DNA of 64,000 bases from Candidatus Latescibacterota bacterium (GTDB lineage Bacteria > Latescibacterota > UBA2968 > GCA-2709665), in contig CBDCOX010000002.1 of the NCBI GenBank assembly GCA_965219995.1, forward strand, positions 1,024,001 to 1,088,000. Direction: 5' to 3'. Position 1 is the first letter of the stretch. Each line of letters opens with the position of its first letter. Positions 9,674 through 19,862 of this stretch are shown here, in pieces. A program made the position numbers and the translations under genes. The notes under the pieces are model-generated. The model was not told the DNA's origin. It worked only from the letters and a program-made list of their open reading frames with translations, and made no database searches.

Positions 9674-10906
9674 ATGAGGCGATTCCTTATCTGTGCCATT
9701 GTTTGTGGGGTTGTCTGGGGAGCCCAGCACCATTTTCCGGACGCGATTCAACCCGTGGTGTACGTCGGTCTCTTGCTGGTGGTGCCGTTGACCCTGGCAA
9801 ACGCGCTGTCAGGGTCAGGCATTCCCGCCCACGTCGTCCCCCTTTTGCTGGGGTTTCTGGCCAGCGGTTTGGGACTTCGGCACACGGGAGCATTCATTGC
9901 AGCTGCGCCATTTGCCGACCTGGCACAGGCGTGGGTTGGCCTGTACCTGGGCGCGTGTTTTTCCTTTCATCGGATCCTCAGCAAGAATCTCGGTGCAGCC
10001 ACCCTGCTCTCCCTGGGCGCGACATTTGTCCCGGCCGCGCTGGCGTTACTCCTGTTCCTGGAACTCTCGGCCGTCCAGGCAATCCGTCTGGGTCTGCTTG
10101 CCGCGATGTCCGGTCCGGTGTTCACGCTCATTTCTCAACCGGACCGGCGTGAGGCCCGGTCCTTCTCGCTTCTGGTTACGATGTTGGGACTCTCATGCTG
10201 GTTCATCGCCGACCTCATCGTGAGTACGCCCGACCTGTACAGGGCCATTCCGTCGATATTAGTGTGGGTGGTGGGCGTGGAACTCATCGCGAGGATAACG
10301 CACACGGTCAGAACCGGACCGGGCGGTCAGGTTCTGTTCGGCGCGATTGTGGCGACACTCTTCGTCTGTGCGCACGTGATGCAACTTTCCCCTCTGTTTC
10401 TGGCGCTCGTGACCGGCGCGGGAGTTTCCGCCCGGTCCGGGAGGTCGGGGCATTCTCTACGGGCGATGGAACCGATGGCGGCGCCGCTCTCATATCTCGT
10501 GCTTGTGTATTTTGCGGCCAGCCTTGACCTTTCCGGCCTTCTGGGGATCTCCGCGCTCGATTGGAAGATTCTTGGCATCTACGTTGCCGCCATGCTCTTC
10601 GGCAAGACCGTCGGCGGCCTCACTGCCGCACGTTACGCAGGTCTGTTCCTCAGGGACTGGTCGCAGACGCTTCCTCAGGGTCTCGTCGTCTTCATACTTC
10701 TGCCCGACGTGTTCCCGTCGGGATCGGAGCAGGCCATTGGCGACGGGCTGACTGCGAGCGTGGTCCTTATGTGCGGTGTCGTCATCCCGCTGCTTGTGGC
10801 TCCCGTTCTCTTCATGTCCGATCGCATGGATCACCGGCGTATTCCGAAACCCATGGGGATGGAAGAAAAAAAGCCATCCGCAGGCGGGATGGCCAATCTT
10901 CCGTAA
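9674..10906 (+). CDS. Polytopic membrane protein, cation:proton antiporter (CPA2)-like
   Basis: About 12 hydrophobic segments; LSPLFLALVTG, YLVLVYFAASLDL, GKTVGG, LPQG typical of Na+/H+ exchanger fold. Confidence 0.65.
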   Translation: MRRFLICAIVCGVVWGAQHHFPDAIQPVVYVGLLLVVPLTLANALSGSGIPAHVVPLLLGFLASGLGLRHTGAFIAAAPFADLAQAWVGLYLGACFSFHRILSKNLGAATLLSLGATFVPAALALLLFLELSAVQAIRLGLLAAMSGPVFTLISQPDRREARSFSLLVTMLGLSCWFIADLIVSTPDLYRAIPSILVWVVGVELIARITHTVRTGPGGQVLFGAIVATLFVCAHVMQLSPLFLALVTGAGVSARSGRSGHSLRAMEPMAAPLSYLVLVYFAASLDLSGLLGISALDWKILGIYVAAMLFGKTVGGLTAARYAGLFLRDWSQTLPQGLVVFILLPDVFPSGSEQAIGDGLTASVVLMCGVVIPLLVAPVLFMSDRMDHRRIPKPMGMEEKKPSAGGMANLP

Positions 10907-10937
10907 AACGCCGAATCGACAGGCGGAGGGCAGGACT

Positions 10938-12185
10938 CTAATTCAACCAGCCGGACACGGAGAACGTCTGCATGAAAAAGCGCTCCGAAGCCCCGTGTCG
11001 GGTCACGTCACCTCGCCTGCCAAATTCAATGACGTAACGAAAACTGCCGGCGCCGCGAGTCTCAAACGGCAACGCAATTCCCAGACTTACGCCCGTCTCG
11101 CCAATCTGCGAATCTCCGGCGGTCTTGAAATAAAGCGACCGATAGTAGGCTCCCGCGGTGAGTTCAACCCGCCGACGGGTACTATGGGGATCCGGATCGC
11201 CGGTTCTGTACAGAACTCCCCCCGCCAGGTCCGTGGTATCGTAGCGGCCCGTTTCCGTCTTTTTCCAGAAAGCCCGCTCGAAATCGAGCGCGGCCAGCCA
11301 GCGGGAACCCCTGCGATATGCCAGCCCCACGCCAATACTCGCCGGCATTTTTATATCCAGTTTCGAACGCGTCTCTTCTTCGAATCCTATTTCCGCGAAG
11401 AAATTTCGCAAAATGCGAGTCTGGGTGACGGTCGATGCCGCCCGGAACGCGGTCCCGAAGTACCACTTTCCGTCCCGGGTATACACGGCGCCGAGCGTGG
11501 GTTGCGCGCCACTGTGCGTGCGCACGTACCGATCCTCGCTGTTCAGAAATTCCGGAATCTGCCGATTATTGGCATCCACCAGGAAAGACCCTGCCGACCC
11601 GTCCGGTCCGCGCAGACCGAAGTCTTTCGTCCATGTTTCCGTGATCGTGCCGATCGATATGACACTCAGGTTCCCGCCCAGAAGAAAGCCGCCCCTCCTG
11701 TGTGCGAGTCCGAACGTAAACGCCTGAATACCACCGGTTGCACTGACCCGCAACGTGTAGGGAACCGTTGAGGTGCTGTCGACTCTGACAAGGTCGAAAT
11801 CGAGGTCGGTCAACGGCTCCAGGCCCACGCCCAGGACGGTACCGTCCCGGATGGGTAAGACGACCTGAAATGCCCCGATATCACCCTCCGAGACCACGTG
11901 CCGGCTGTGCCCGTCATTCAGGGAACGGCGCTGTACAAAGAAGCGACTCTGCACGCCGGCGTGCGAAAATGAGGCCAGAAGCGCAGGATTGGCCGAACTG
12001 AAATTCTGGCTGTCTGCAAGCGCACGGCCGGCACCCCCCATACCCCTCGCTCGCACGTCGACACGACGTTCGGAATCTCCCACGCCATTGAAGGAGAAAA
12101 TCGATTTCGCAGAGGGCGAATCCACCCAGGCGCAGAAAACAAGAAAACCGAAAATCGTCGCTGAAATTCTGTTGAAACGGTTCAC
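10938..12185 (-). CDS. Outer-membrane beta-barrel, FadL/OmpP1-like
   Basis: Signal peptide, RARGMGGAGRAL..NPALLA N-terminal motif, alternating beta-strands, aromatic C-terminus; GTG start 12185 inferred. Confidence 0.75.
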   Translation of the reverse strand: MNRFNRISATIFGFLVFCAWVDSPSAKSIFSFNGVGDSERRVDVRARGMGGAGRALADSQNFSSANPALLASFSHAGVQSRFFVQRRSLNDGHSRHVVSEGDIGAFQVVLPIRDGTVLGVGLEPLTDLDFDLVRVDSTSTVPYTLRVSATGGIQAFTFGLAHRRGGFLLGGNLSVISIGTITETWTKDFGLRGPDGSAGSFLVDANNRQIPEFLNSEDRYVRTHSGAQPTLGAVYTRDGKWYFGTAFRAASTVTQTRILRNFFAEIGFEEETRSKLDIKMPASIGVGLAYRRGSRWLAALDFERAFWKKTETGRYDTTDLAGGVLYRTGDPDPHSTRRRVELTAGAYYRSLYFKTAGDSQIGETGVSLGIALPFETRGAGSFRYVIEFGRRGDVTRHGASERFFMQTFSVSGWLN

Positions 12186-12208
12186 ATTCTTCCTCGCAAT
12201 AGGCGATG

Positions 12209-13423
12209 CTATGGATCGGGAGGCGTTGAGTAAATTACTTTCAACATGGGATTGTTGAACACCACCCAGTTGACGTTCCAGTTCCTGCGGTCGGTAATCG
12301 GGGTGCTCAACGCGAGTCCGAGATTGCGCGTCGTGCCGGAGAGCCAGCCCTGAACGAGGGTCTGGTCCATGGCGTAAGACGCCTTCTGCGCGTCGAATTG
12401 CCACGAATTGACGACGGAGAACGTCGTGTCTCCGGTAGCCGAATCCACGTTGATCCGTTCGACTGAAAAAGTAAACGTCTCGAACATGGACTGCGACCGG
12501 TCGTAGTTCAGCCGCAACTCCGAAGACGTTACCGTCGCACCCCGTGGAATGCTGTCGGGAAGATCGAAGCGGAATACCGGGCTCAGCCTGACAACCGTAG
12601 AGAGGACCAGCATCCCGGGCTCGGGTCCGTCCCTCGCCGGCCAGTACGTATCCTCCGACACACCCGCCACATACGCGTATGTGTTGCCGCCTGTCGAATA
12701 AGTTACACGCAATTCCGGCAGTCTGTCGGCATTCTCGGGCAGCGCGTCGTCCCGGGATACCAGACTCGTAAAAAACCGTGAGCCCGCGGCGGGCTGCAGC
12801 AGAAGATCGACCGATGCGGCTTCTGGATTTTCAAGCAATCTTGACGTGACGTACTCCGGCGGCAGATCGATCTGGATCAGACTGTCGCCCGGAGACGAGA
12901 CTACCGCTCCGTCGATCAGGGATGACGCAAACGTCACAGCGGTGTGATTGAGCGTATCGGCAAACGCGTCCAACTCATCCCACGCATCTTCCGGATGGTA
13001 TACCTGCAGGTCTTCGACACCTCTCGTGAGCTCACGCTTCCAGATTCGCAACCGGGCTGAGTGGACGTCCGGCGCCGCGGCGCCGGACGCCGCCGAAACC
13101 AGGGAATCCGCATCCAGGCTGACCCGTATCAGAGACCTGAGCACGATACCGCCCATCCGGCCGACCATCAGCGTGTCGCTCTCACCGAACGCACGACTGA
13201 AAGTACCCTCGAATCTTGTCGAGCCGCCCCTGGACGGCAGAAGGGGAAGTTCCACCACCCTGCCCTGCCCACGGGCAACCAGATCCGAACCGATGGGATT
13301 CTCCTTCTCGTCGCCGCAGCCAGGCAACAGCGCCCCAATCAGCATGATATTCAAGAGTTGCCGGCGACACATGCGCGCACACCTCGCGTTTTCGCCCTTC
13401 CCGGTAATCGTTGTTTTTCTCAT
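12209..13423 (-). CDS. Hypothetical lipoprotein (DUF4270-like, beta-rich)
   Basis: Lipobox LLPGC followed by ENPIGSDL; PELRVTY / PMLKVIYS motifs; true start probably downstream. Confidence 0.6.
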   Translation of the reverse strand: MRKTTITGKGENARCARMCRRQLLNIMLIGALLPGCGDEKENPIGSDLVARGQGRVVELPLLPSRGGSTRFEGTFSRAFGESDTLMVGRMGGIVLRSLIRVSLDADSLVSAASGAAAPDVHSARLRIWKRELTRGVEDLQVYHPEDAWDELDAFADTLNHTAVTFASSLIDGAVVSSPGDSLIQIDLPPEYVTSRLLENPEAASVDLLLQPAAGSRFFTSLVSRDDALPENADRLPELRVTYSTGGNTYAYVAGVSEDTYWPARDGPEPGMLVLSTVVRLSPVFRFDLPDSIPRGATVTSSELRLNYDRSQSMFETFTFSVERINVDSATGDTTFSVVNSWQFDAQKASYAMDQTLVQGWLSGTTRNLGLALSTPITDRRNWNVNWVVFNNPMLKVIYSTPPDP

Positions 13424-13466
13424 CCTGTAACGCTCGATGCGGGAAATCGTTCCGGCACGCCGGGAT

Positions 13467-13994
13467 TCAATGGACCCGCTCGATCAAGATGTCGGCCTGC
13501 TGTTCACCCGCGGCGATAGGATTCTTCGCGCATGCTCCCTCCATATCGCCGGGCTGCGGGCCTACAAAACCGTCCCGGTCGATTTTGGCCACCATGTACA
13601 TTTCGGGAATCTCCGCCAGCACGATTCCGTCTCCGAACATTCGCGCCACGTCGGACTGGGTGAGGGTATATTCGTACGGAAGCGCGGGCATCCGAATCCG
13701 CTTGAGGGCATACGGAGGGCCGCCGTCCGGCCGCTCGCGCGCGATGATAAACAGATAGGCCCCGGCCGGTACGTTGTGACGCAACTCCCGCTTGATTCGG
13801 ATTGTTCCCCGTACGGTCTGTCCCCGGGGTTCTTCGGTTGGCGCTCGGGCCGTCGGTATGCGAGGATGCCCTGCCGGAAGGGCCGGCCGACGCGGTTTCG
13901 GCGGCGGATGCGCACCTTCCTCGTAGTGCTGATCGCAGGCGCAAATAAACAGCAACCCTGCCAGAATCACCAGGATACGATCGATAGGCATCAT
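13467..13994 (-). CDS. Lipoprotein with CcmI/CycH C-terminal-like Ig domain
   Basis: Lipobox FICAC, LPAGHP motif, LFIIAR..GGPPYALKR...LPYEYTL...VAKIDRDG...PGDMEG. Confidence 0.65.
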   Translation of the reverse strand: MMPIDRILVILAGLLFICACDQHYEEGAHPPPKPRRPALPAGHPRIPTARAPTEEPRGQTVRGTIRIKRELRHNVPAGAYLFIIARERPDGGPPYALKRIRMPALPYEYTLTQSDVARMFGDGIVLAEIPEMYMVAKIDRDGFVGPQPGDMEGACAKNPIAAGEQQADILIERVH

Positions 13995-14067
13995 GCGTCC
14001 ACGTCGGGCAAAAAAACGGGCCGGACTTGCAAAAGCCGGACCGGAGACACCCAATACAAACATTGCG

Positions 14068-14847
14068 TTAACGGGCGTGCGCCCCCGCGAAGATTTCCTC
14101 TTCCGTCATCGTCAGAAGCGCCGGTTCGTCATCGGTGACCGCCACGACATGCTCGAAATGCGCTGAAGGCGATCTGTCTCTGGCAGACGCCGTCCATCCG
14201 TCGTCGGCGAGTACGACCTCGGGGCTTCCCAGGTTGACCATCGGTTCAACCGCTATGACGATTCCCCGCCGCAGGCGCGGGTTTTTTTCCAGTGGCACGT
14301 AGTTCGGCACCGCGGGATCTTCATGAAGATTGCGTCCGATCCCGTGCCCGACGAACTGGCGCACCACGGAAAATCCGTGTGCCTCCACCCACTGCTGGAT
14401 GGAACCGCAAACGTCCTCGAGGCGGCTGCCCTCCCGTGCTCCTTCGATACCTTTAAATAGAGATTCCCGCGTTACCCGTATCAGCTTCCGGATTTCAGGT
14501 GTCACGTCGCCTATGGCATACGATATCGCCTGGTCTCCGTAGTATCCCATCAGTCTGGCGCCGATATCGATGCTGACAAGGTCGCCTTCCCGAAGTTCCC
14601 GCGCTCCGGGTATCCCATGTACGACCTGTTCATTGATCGAGATACATGTGGCCGCGGGATAACCGTGGTATCCCTTAAAGGCCGGAGATGCGCCGTGATC
14701 GCGGATCAATTCCTCCGCGACGCGGTCCAGACTCGACGTCGGGACTCCCGGGCGAACCCATTCCCTAAGGGCCCGATGCGCAAGCCCGACAATCCGGCAG
14801 GCGTCGCGGATTCTCTTCAGTTCCCGTTTCGAGCGGAGCGCGATCAA
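14068..14847 (-). CDS. map: Methionine aminopeptidase type I
   Basis: CISINEQVVHGIPG, SIDIG, GHGIGRNLHEDP, AVEPM, SAHFEH. Confidence 0.96.
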   Translation of the reverse strand: MIALRSKRELKRIRDACRIVGLAHRALREWVRPGVPTSSLDRVAEELIRDHGASPAFKGYHGYPAATCISINEQVVHGIPGARELREGDLVSIDIGARLMGYYGDQAISYAIGDVTPEIRKLIRVTRESLFKGIEGAREGSRLEDVCGSIQQWVEAHGFSVVRQFVGHGIGRNLHEDPAVPNYVPLEKNPRLRRGIVIAVEPMVNLGSPEVVLADDGWTASARDRSPSAHFEHVVAVTDDEPALLTMTEEEIFAGAHAR

Positions 14848-14930
14848 TCTTTCACCTTCAGCCGTCGTGGACGCAGGTAGTGTGCCAAAGGGTCTAATTT
14901 AACAAAAAGGCATATAAAAACAAACACTAA

Positions 14931-15091
14931 GAAGCTGTCTTAAAGTCCCCAGCGGTCTTCGCGCGGCTGCAAAAGCGCCGGTCGGCGTTGGTCAAATCCA
15001 CCCTTATCATTAGATAGGGGCGAATTCTCCCGTCTTGACCGCCACTTTTTCGCTCGCGCTCGGGACTCACCAGGAATTTTAAGACAGCTTC
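14931..15091. mobile_element. MITE-like element (161 bp) with IS5-family-like terminal inverted repeats
   Basis: AGAAGCTGTCTTAAA (14930-14944) / TTTAAGACAGCTTCT (15078-15092) perfect inverted repeat, 18 of 20 when extended; flanked by TAA and TGA; no transposase. Confidence 0.7.
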
Positions 15092-15129
15092 TGAGGGCTT
15101 CCAGGCGGGTCCGTTTCCGGCGCGGGAGA

Positions 15130-17562
15130 TCACGGCAGGCCGAAATAAGTCGCAAAAATGAGGAAGTCCTGAAAGTCGACGAAACCGGTGCCATCCAGAT
15201 CGTGTTTCGGGCTTTCCGTGCCGAATGCGCCTGCGAAAGCAATGAAATCGGCAAAATTGACAGCGCCGTCTTTATTGAAATCCCCTTTTAACGTCTTGCC
15301 TACGGTCCATTTGTGTTCCGCCGACTCCTGTCCGGCCGAGACGACGACAGCGACCTCCCCGTCCGCTTCGTTGGCGGAAACCGTTACCAGGAGGGACGGA
15401 CCCGTCTCTTCCACGGGAACGCCGTCTACAGACCAGGCGTAACGCAGTACGTCACCGTCCGGGTCCTGGGCCGTCACGGAAAAGCGAAGTGTTTCCCCCG
15501 GCGCGCCGAATACGAGCCTGCGAGTCGGGTCGGTCTCGAGAATCCCGGGTGGACGGTCGACATTCGTCACGTGAACGTTCACGCTGACGCGTACCTGGTT
15601 GGTGCCGTCACTCACGCGGAATTGAATCTCGTAAATCCGGCCGCCCTGATCGTATCGAGGCGTCCAGCTGAAGTGGTTCCGATCCAGCCTGGCACCGGCC
15701 GGAAGATTCGCGCCTTCAAAGACAAGACCGTCGCCATCTTCGTCTTCTGCATTGATGACAATCGCGAGTGGCTGCCCTTCTTGTATTGTGGTATCTGCAA
15801 TCCCGGCCACGATCGGCGGCAGGTTCCCCGTCGCGGACTGACCAAAGACCACCCAGGCGATCGACGACGTTGTGCCCGCCGCCGTGGCGGAGACTTCCAC
15901 AACCGTCGGCCCGTCTCCGCTCGCCTGGATTTCGATCGAATCCGTCTGAGTCGTAAACGATGCGACGTCGGTTTGACCGGGTACGGTCACCTTCCTGTTG
16001 CCGTTTGTGCGGCGGACCGTCCAGGCCACCGGCGCTCCATCGGCTCCCATGGCGCGTACACTCGCCAGCTCCGCGGACCAGGGGAGACGCGCGACCGGAA
16101 CCCGGGCGTCGCTTACTGCAAGCCTCAGAGGGCTGGTTTTTCCGTCCGTCGATTCGACTTTTGAAATCGTGTAGTCGTACACGAAATCCTGCCCTTCCAG
16201 TGCATCTGAGATCGGTAGAAATACGATATTGTCGTATTGTCCGGCGTCCGGGATCTCCATCCTCGTGCCCACCGGGCGCAACAGACCGACCCCGTCGGAA
16301 TCGATCAGCATTGCCCAGAACTGCCAGCTTCCCCCGGCGGCCAGAGCAAAGTCGGCCCGAAGGCCGCCCCGCAGGCCCTTCGTCGCGACCTGAACGTATT
16401 CCGAGGCCAGGTGGTCGACCGTGCCGGAGCCGGATGCCTGGTCGCTCAATGTCAGCGCGACGTTTCTGACCGCCGCCGCGGGCTGATAAAATACGCCCTC
16501 TTCGTAAAATCCGTCACGGAAACGAGTTCCGGTGAAATAGTTCCATATCACGTAACCCGCCAGCGTCTCCGAAAATCCGCCGGTAGGCATTACCGGATCC
16601 AGTTTCCGGATATCGTACCCTGTGGAATTCCCTTCGCCCAGCCCTTCCCATGTCTGCCTGACGGATTTTCTTCCGAAGGTCTGATCCAGGTAATGCACGT
16701 ACACGCAGGCGCCATACTGATGCCCGTCGGCCAGGCTGGGCTGCCAGTCCAGGGAAACGGCGGGAGCCTCGAGAACAAAGCTGGTATACTGGAAATAGTC
16801 GTTCACGTCGTCGTAGGCCACGTCTTCCATCCAGGTTGCCGTCGCCTCGTGCCACCACGTCAGATCGCGTGCGTTATAAGCGAACTGCACGGCGTGGAAG
16901 AACTCGTGCGCCACGGTGACATGGAGTCCGTCCAGCCCGCGTGTCGCATAGATCCTGTCCGTGTAGTCGTTGTCGACGGTCAGATATGCCGCGGTCACGG
17001 GATTGCCCAATTCCTCCGGCCAGGTCTGCCCGTACACACCCCGGGTTCCCAACTGCTGAATATAGACGTCGAATCGTCCATCGCCGTCATCGAGGGGAAC
17101 GCGGTACCGGAGATTCTCGATCTGAAGCGCCCAGGCGGCATCGAACGTCGCCGCCACCTCCTGCACGTAGTCCGGGACCTTATCCCCGTCGGCGTCGGCC
17201 GGCGCCACCGCATGCTGGCCGCTCGTGTCGTAGTGAATGCGGAAGTGTCCACCTGGAGAGTTGATGCTGTCCGTCATCGTGGGCCTTTGAAACACATGAG
17301 CGAACGCCTGCTGTGTGTTCTTGCTCAGCCTGGGCCACTGGGTGGCGAGAGCCATGATTACGGGTGTTCCGCAAATCGCACGGTTATGAAAATAGGGGCT
17401 GTCCGCCGGCAGCAGATCGGGCCTGAAAATCGCGGCCGACCGGTTGAAGAGTTCGACTTCCAGATCACGCGGCAGCCGAGACAGATCGGGCGGCGTCTCG
17501 GCAGATGCCTCGACCCCGCCCATCACGAACAAAACCATGAAGACGCGAGTTGACCAATTCAT
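15130..17562 (-). CDS. Secreted zinc metalloprotease (MXAN_6640-like) with Ig/cadherin-like repeats and C-terminal dockerin-like EF-hand pair
   Basis: Signal peptide; VAHEFFHAVQ (HEXXH) + WWHEATATWMED; NLPPIVAGIAD / DPDGDVLRYAWSVDG Ig repeats; GDFNKDGAVNFADF...DLDGTGFVDFQDF. Confidence 0.82.
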   Translation of the reverse strand: MNWSTRVFMVLFVMGGVEASAETPPDLSRLPRDLEVELFNRSAAIFRPDLLPADSPYFHNRAICGTPVIMALATQWPRLSKNTQQAFAHVFQRPTMTDSINSPGGHFRIHYDTSGQHAVAPADADGDKVPDYVQEVAATFDAAWALQIENLRYRVPLDDGDGRFDVYIQQLGTRGVYGQTWPEELGNPVTAAYLTVDNDYTDRIYATRGLDGLHVTVAHEFFHAVQFAYNARDLTWWHEATATWMEDVAYDDVNDYFQYTSFVLEAPAVSLDWQPSLADGHQYGACVYVHYLDQTFGRKSVRQTWEGLGEGNSTGYDIRKLDPVMPTGGFSETLAGYVIWNYFTGTRFRDGFYEEGVFYQPAAAVRNVALTLSDQASGSGTVDHLASEYVQVATKGLRGGLRADFALAAGGSWQFWAMLIDSDGVGLLRPVGTRMEIPDAGQYDNIVFLPISDALEGQDFVYDYTISKVESTDGKTSPLRLAVSDARVPVARLPWSAELASVRAMGADGAPVAWTVRRTNGNRKVTVPGQTDVASFTTQTDSIEIQASGDGPTVVEVSATAAGTTSSIAWVVFGQSATGNLPPIVAGIADTTIQEGQPLAIVINAEDEDGDGLVFEGANLPAGARLDRNHFSWTPRYDQGGRIYEIQFRVSDGTNQVRVSVNVHVTNVDRPPGILETDPTRRLVFGAPGETLRFSVTAQDPDGDVLRYAWSVDGVPVEETGPSLLVTVSANEADGEVAVVVSAGQESAEHKWTVGKTLKGDFNKDGAVNFADFIAFAGAFGTESPKHDLDGTGFVDFQDFLIFATYFGLP

Positions 17563-17632
17563 CGTATATTCGACCTCTGCACGGCAGGATTCGGACGCAT
17601 GGCGGTGCATCGTTTGCATCACATCGGGGGCG

Positions 17633-18310
17633 TCACGTACCTTGTTTCGTGGCGGTTACGTAGATACTGTCCGACACATTGACGCCCACCACGTGCTGAA
17701 CGTTCGCTTCCAATGCAATGGTCATCGGACCGTTAAACGGCGCCCTCTCCTGAACAATTAGCGTCACACCCGGCCGCAAACCCAACGCGCCCAGATACCT
17801 GAGCATTTCCGGACTCTGGTCGTTCACCTGAACGATCTCAACCGTTTCGCCAGCTTCCACCTGGGTCAGAGGCACACAATCCGTACTCTCTATGTTTCCA
17901 TCTTTCGTTGGAATCGGCGCACCGTGAGGGTCGGTGGTAGGATGGCCCAGCACCCGGTCGATCTTGTCCTCGAACTCTTCCGAGATCACATGTTCGAGTC
18001 TGTCTGCCTCTGCGTCGACTTCGTCCCAGTCGTAGCCGAGTGCGTCGGCGAGATACAGTTCCAACAGTCGGTGATGCCTCAGGACTTCAAGAGCAACGGC
18101 TTCTCCGGCCGGCGTGAGTTCGACCCCCTGATACGGCGTGTGCTGAACCAGGTTCATCTCCGCAAGCTTTTTGATCATGTTCGTCGCGGAGGCCGCCGCC
18201 ACTTCCATCCGTTCCGCAACCAGCGACGTATTTACGGTGGACCGGGGCTCATGCCCGTGCTGCAGCTTATAGATGGACTTCAGATAGTCCTGCGCGGCCT
18301 GACTGAGCAT
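17633..18310 (-). CDS. DtxR/MntR family metal-dependent repressor with C-terminal FeoA (SH3) domain
   Basis: QDYLKSIYKL, HTH, LRHHRLLELYL, EADRLEH, DPHGAPIP, FeoA-like LRYLGALGLRPG. Confidence 0.92.
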   Translation of the reverse strand: MLSQAAQDYLKSIYKLQHGHEPRSTVNTSLVAERMEVAAASATNMIKKLAEMNLVQHTPYQGVELTPAGEAVALEVLRHHRLLELYLADALGYDWDEVDAEADRLEHVISEEFEDKIDRVLGHPTTDPHGAPIPTKDGNIESTDCVPLTQVEAGETVEIVQVNDQSPEMLRYLGALGLRPGVTLIVQERAPFNGPMTIALEANVQHVVGVNVSDSIYVTATKQGT

Positions 18311-18425
18311 ATGTTCCCTTTCACAGGTGTTCTCGCGCGGAAAGCGGAAATCCGGTGGCGTCATCGGCAACACCGCCACTGATCCTTCTTCCCGATGAAT
18401 GATCGATCAGCGTTCCGAACGCCCC

Positions 18426-19862
18426 TCAGCCGGACACCAGCCGCCAGATCTGCGCCACGAGAAAACAAAGCAGAAAACCCATTCCGACCGGGAGAAGCGA
18501 TGCAACGGACGTCCACTTTGCGCTTCTCGTTTCCTTCCAGATCGTGTAAATCGTGGTTGAACATGGATTGTGCACGAGACTGAAAAGCATCAGATTGACG
18601 GCCGTGAGCAGATTCCATCCATCTGACGCGAAAATCCGGGCGATCGCAGCGTCGGAGTCCAGCTCGAACATCACGCCCGCGCCCGCGCCCAGCCCGGTCA
18701 ACTTCGCGCTTAAAACCGTCAACATCAGTATGGTGGGAATTACGATTTCGTTCGCCGGGACGGCAATCACATAGGCCAGCAGGATGACGCCGTTCAGACC
18801 GATAAGCAGGCCAAAGGGCTGGCTCCAGTTGATAAAATGCTCCGCGAGGCTGAGTCCGCCGACAAGGATATTGGAGCTCAGCCAGATGGCCGCGCCAGCC
18901 GGTATTGCAAAGATCACGGCGCGCCAGAGCACAATCAGCGTTCTGTCGATGATAGACGTATAAACGGTCTGTAACACGCGGGGCGGCCGATACGGAGGGA
19001 GTTCCAAACTGAACGCGGATGCTTCTCCCCGAAGCACGGACCGCGAAAGCCCCCACGATACGACAAACGAAAGCAGGACGCCAAGCACCGCGACACCCAC
19101 GACTGCACCGGCCGACACCAATCCCGCGAAATGAGCCGGCGCCAGTCCGCCTATGAAGATCGTGGCCACCAGGATCTGGGTGGGCCAACGTCCATTGCAG
19201 AGAGAAAAATTGTTGGTAATGATTGCAATCAGCCGTTCTCTGGGACTGTCGATAACCCGGGTGGACACGATCGCCGCCGCATTGCAGCCGAATCCCATAC
19301 TCATTGTCAACGCCTGTTTTCCGTGCGCGCCCGCTCTCTTGAACCACCCATCCAGATTGAACGCGACCCGGGGCAGATAGCCGAAGTCTTCCAGGAGCGT
19401 AAACAACGGAAAGAAAATCGCCATGGGCGGCAACATCACGCTGACGACCCACGCCATGGCCAGATACATGCCATCCACCAGAAGGCCATCGAGCCACCAC
19501 GGCATTCCGATAGCGGCGGCCAACGATTTCAAGGTCGGGTGAAGGGTATCGATCAGGAAGCCCGCCAGCATCGCGGAGGGCACGTTCGCTCCCTCGATCG
19601 TCAGCCAGAATACCAGTGTCAGAATGCCCAGCATAACGGGGAAACCCAACCAACGGCTCGTGACCAGCCGGTCGATCGTCCGGTCCAGATCGAACCGGGC
19701 GGCGTCTCCGGTTCGGATGACGGCACGATCGGCGATCTGGGCCGCGTTCGCGTAGAGCGTCTCCATTAGCGAATCGTGGAAATTGGACCCCACTTCCCAC
19801 CGCAACTTCGCGGCCAATCGAATCAACTCCTGGGGACGCCGGTTCGGGGTTGGCACACTCAC
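18426..19862 (-). CDS. feoB: FeoB membrane (Gate) half of a split ferrous-iron transporter
   Basis: [43 protein letters not shown]; GTG start overlapping upstream stop (GTGA) with RBS GAGGTG. Confidence 0.9.
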   Translation of the reverse strand: MSVPTPNRRPQELIRLAAKLRWEVGSNFHDSLMETLYANAAQIADRAVIRTGDAARFDLDRTIDRLVTSRWLGFPVMLGILTLVFWLTIEGANVPSAMLAGFLIDTLHPTLKSLAAAIGMPWWLDGLLVDGMYLAMAWVVSVMLPPMAIFFPLFTLLEDFGYLPRVAFNLDGWFKRAGAHGKQALTMSMGFGCNAAAIVSTRVIDSPRERLIAIITNNFSLCNGRWPTQILVATIFIGGLAPAHFAGLVSAGAVVGVAVLGVLLSFVVSWGLSRSVLRGEASAFSLELPPYRPPRVLQTVYTSIIDRTLIVLWRAVIFAIPAGAAIWLSSNILVGGLSLAEHFINWSQPFGLLIGLNGVILLAYVIAVPANEIVIPTILMLTVLSAKLTGLGAGAGVMFELDSDAAIARIFASDGWNLLTAVNLMLFSLVHNPCSTTIYTIWKETRSAKWTSVASLLPVGMGFLLCFLVAQIWRLVSG

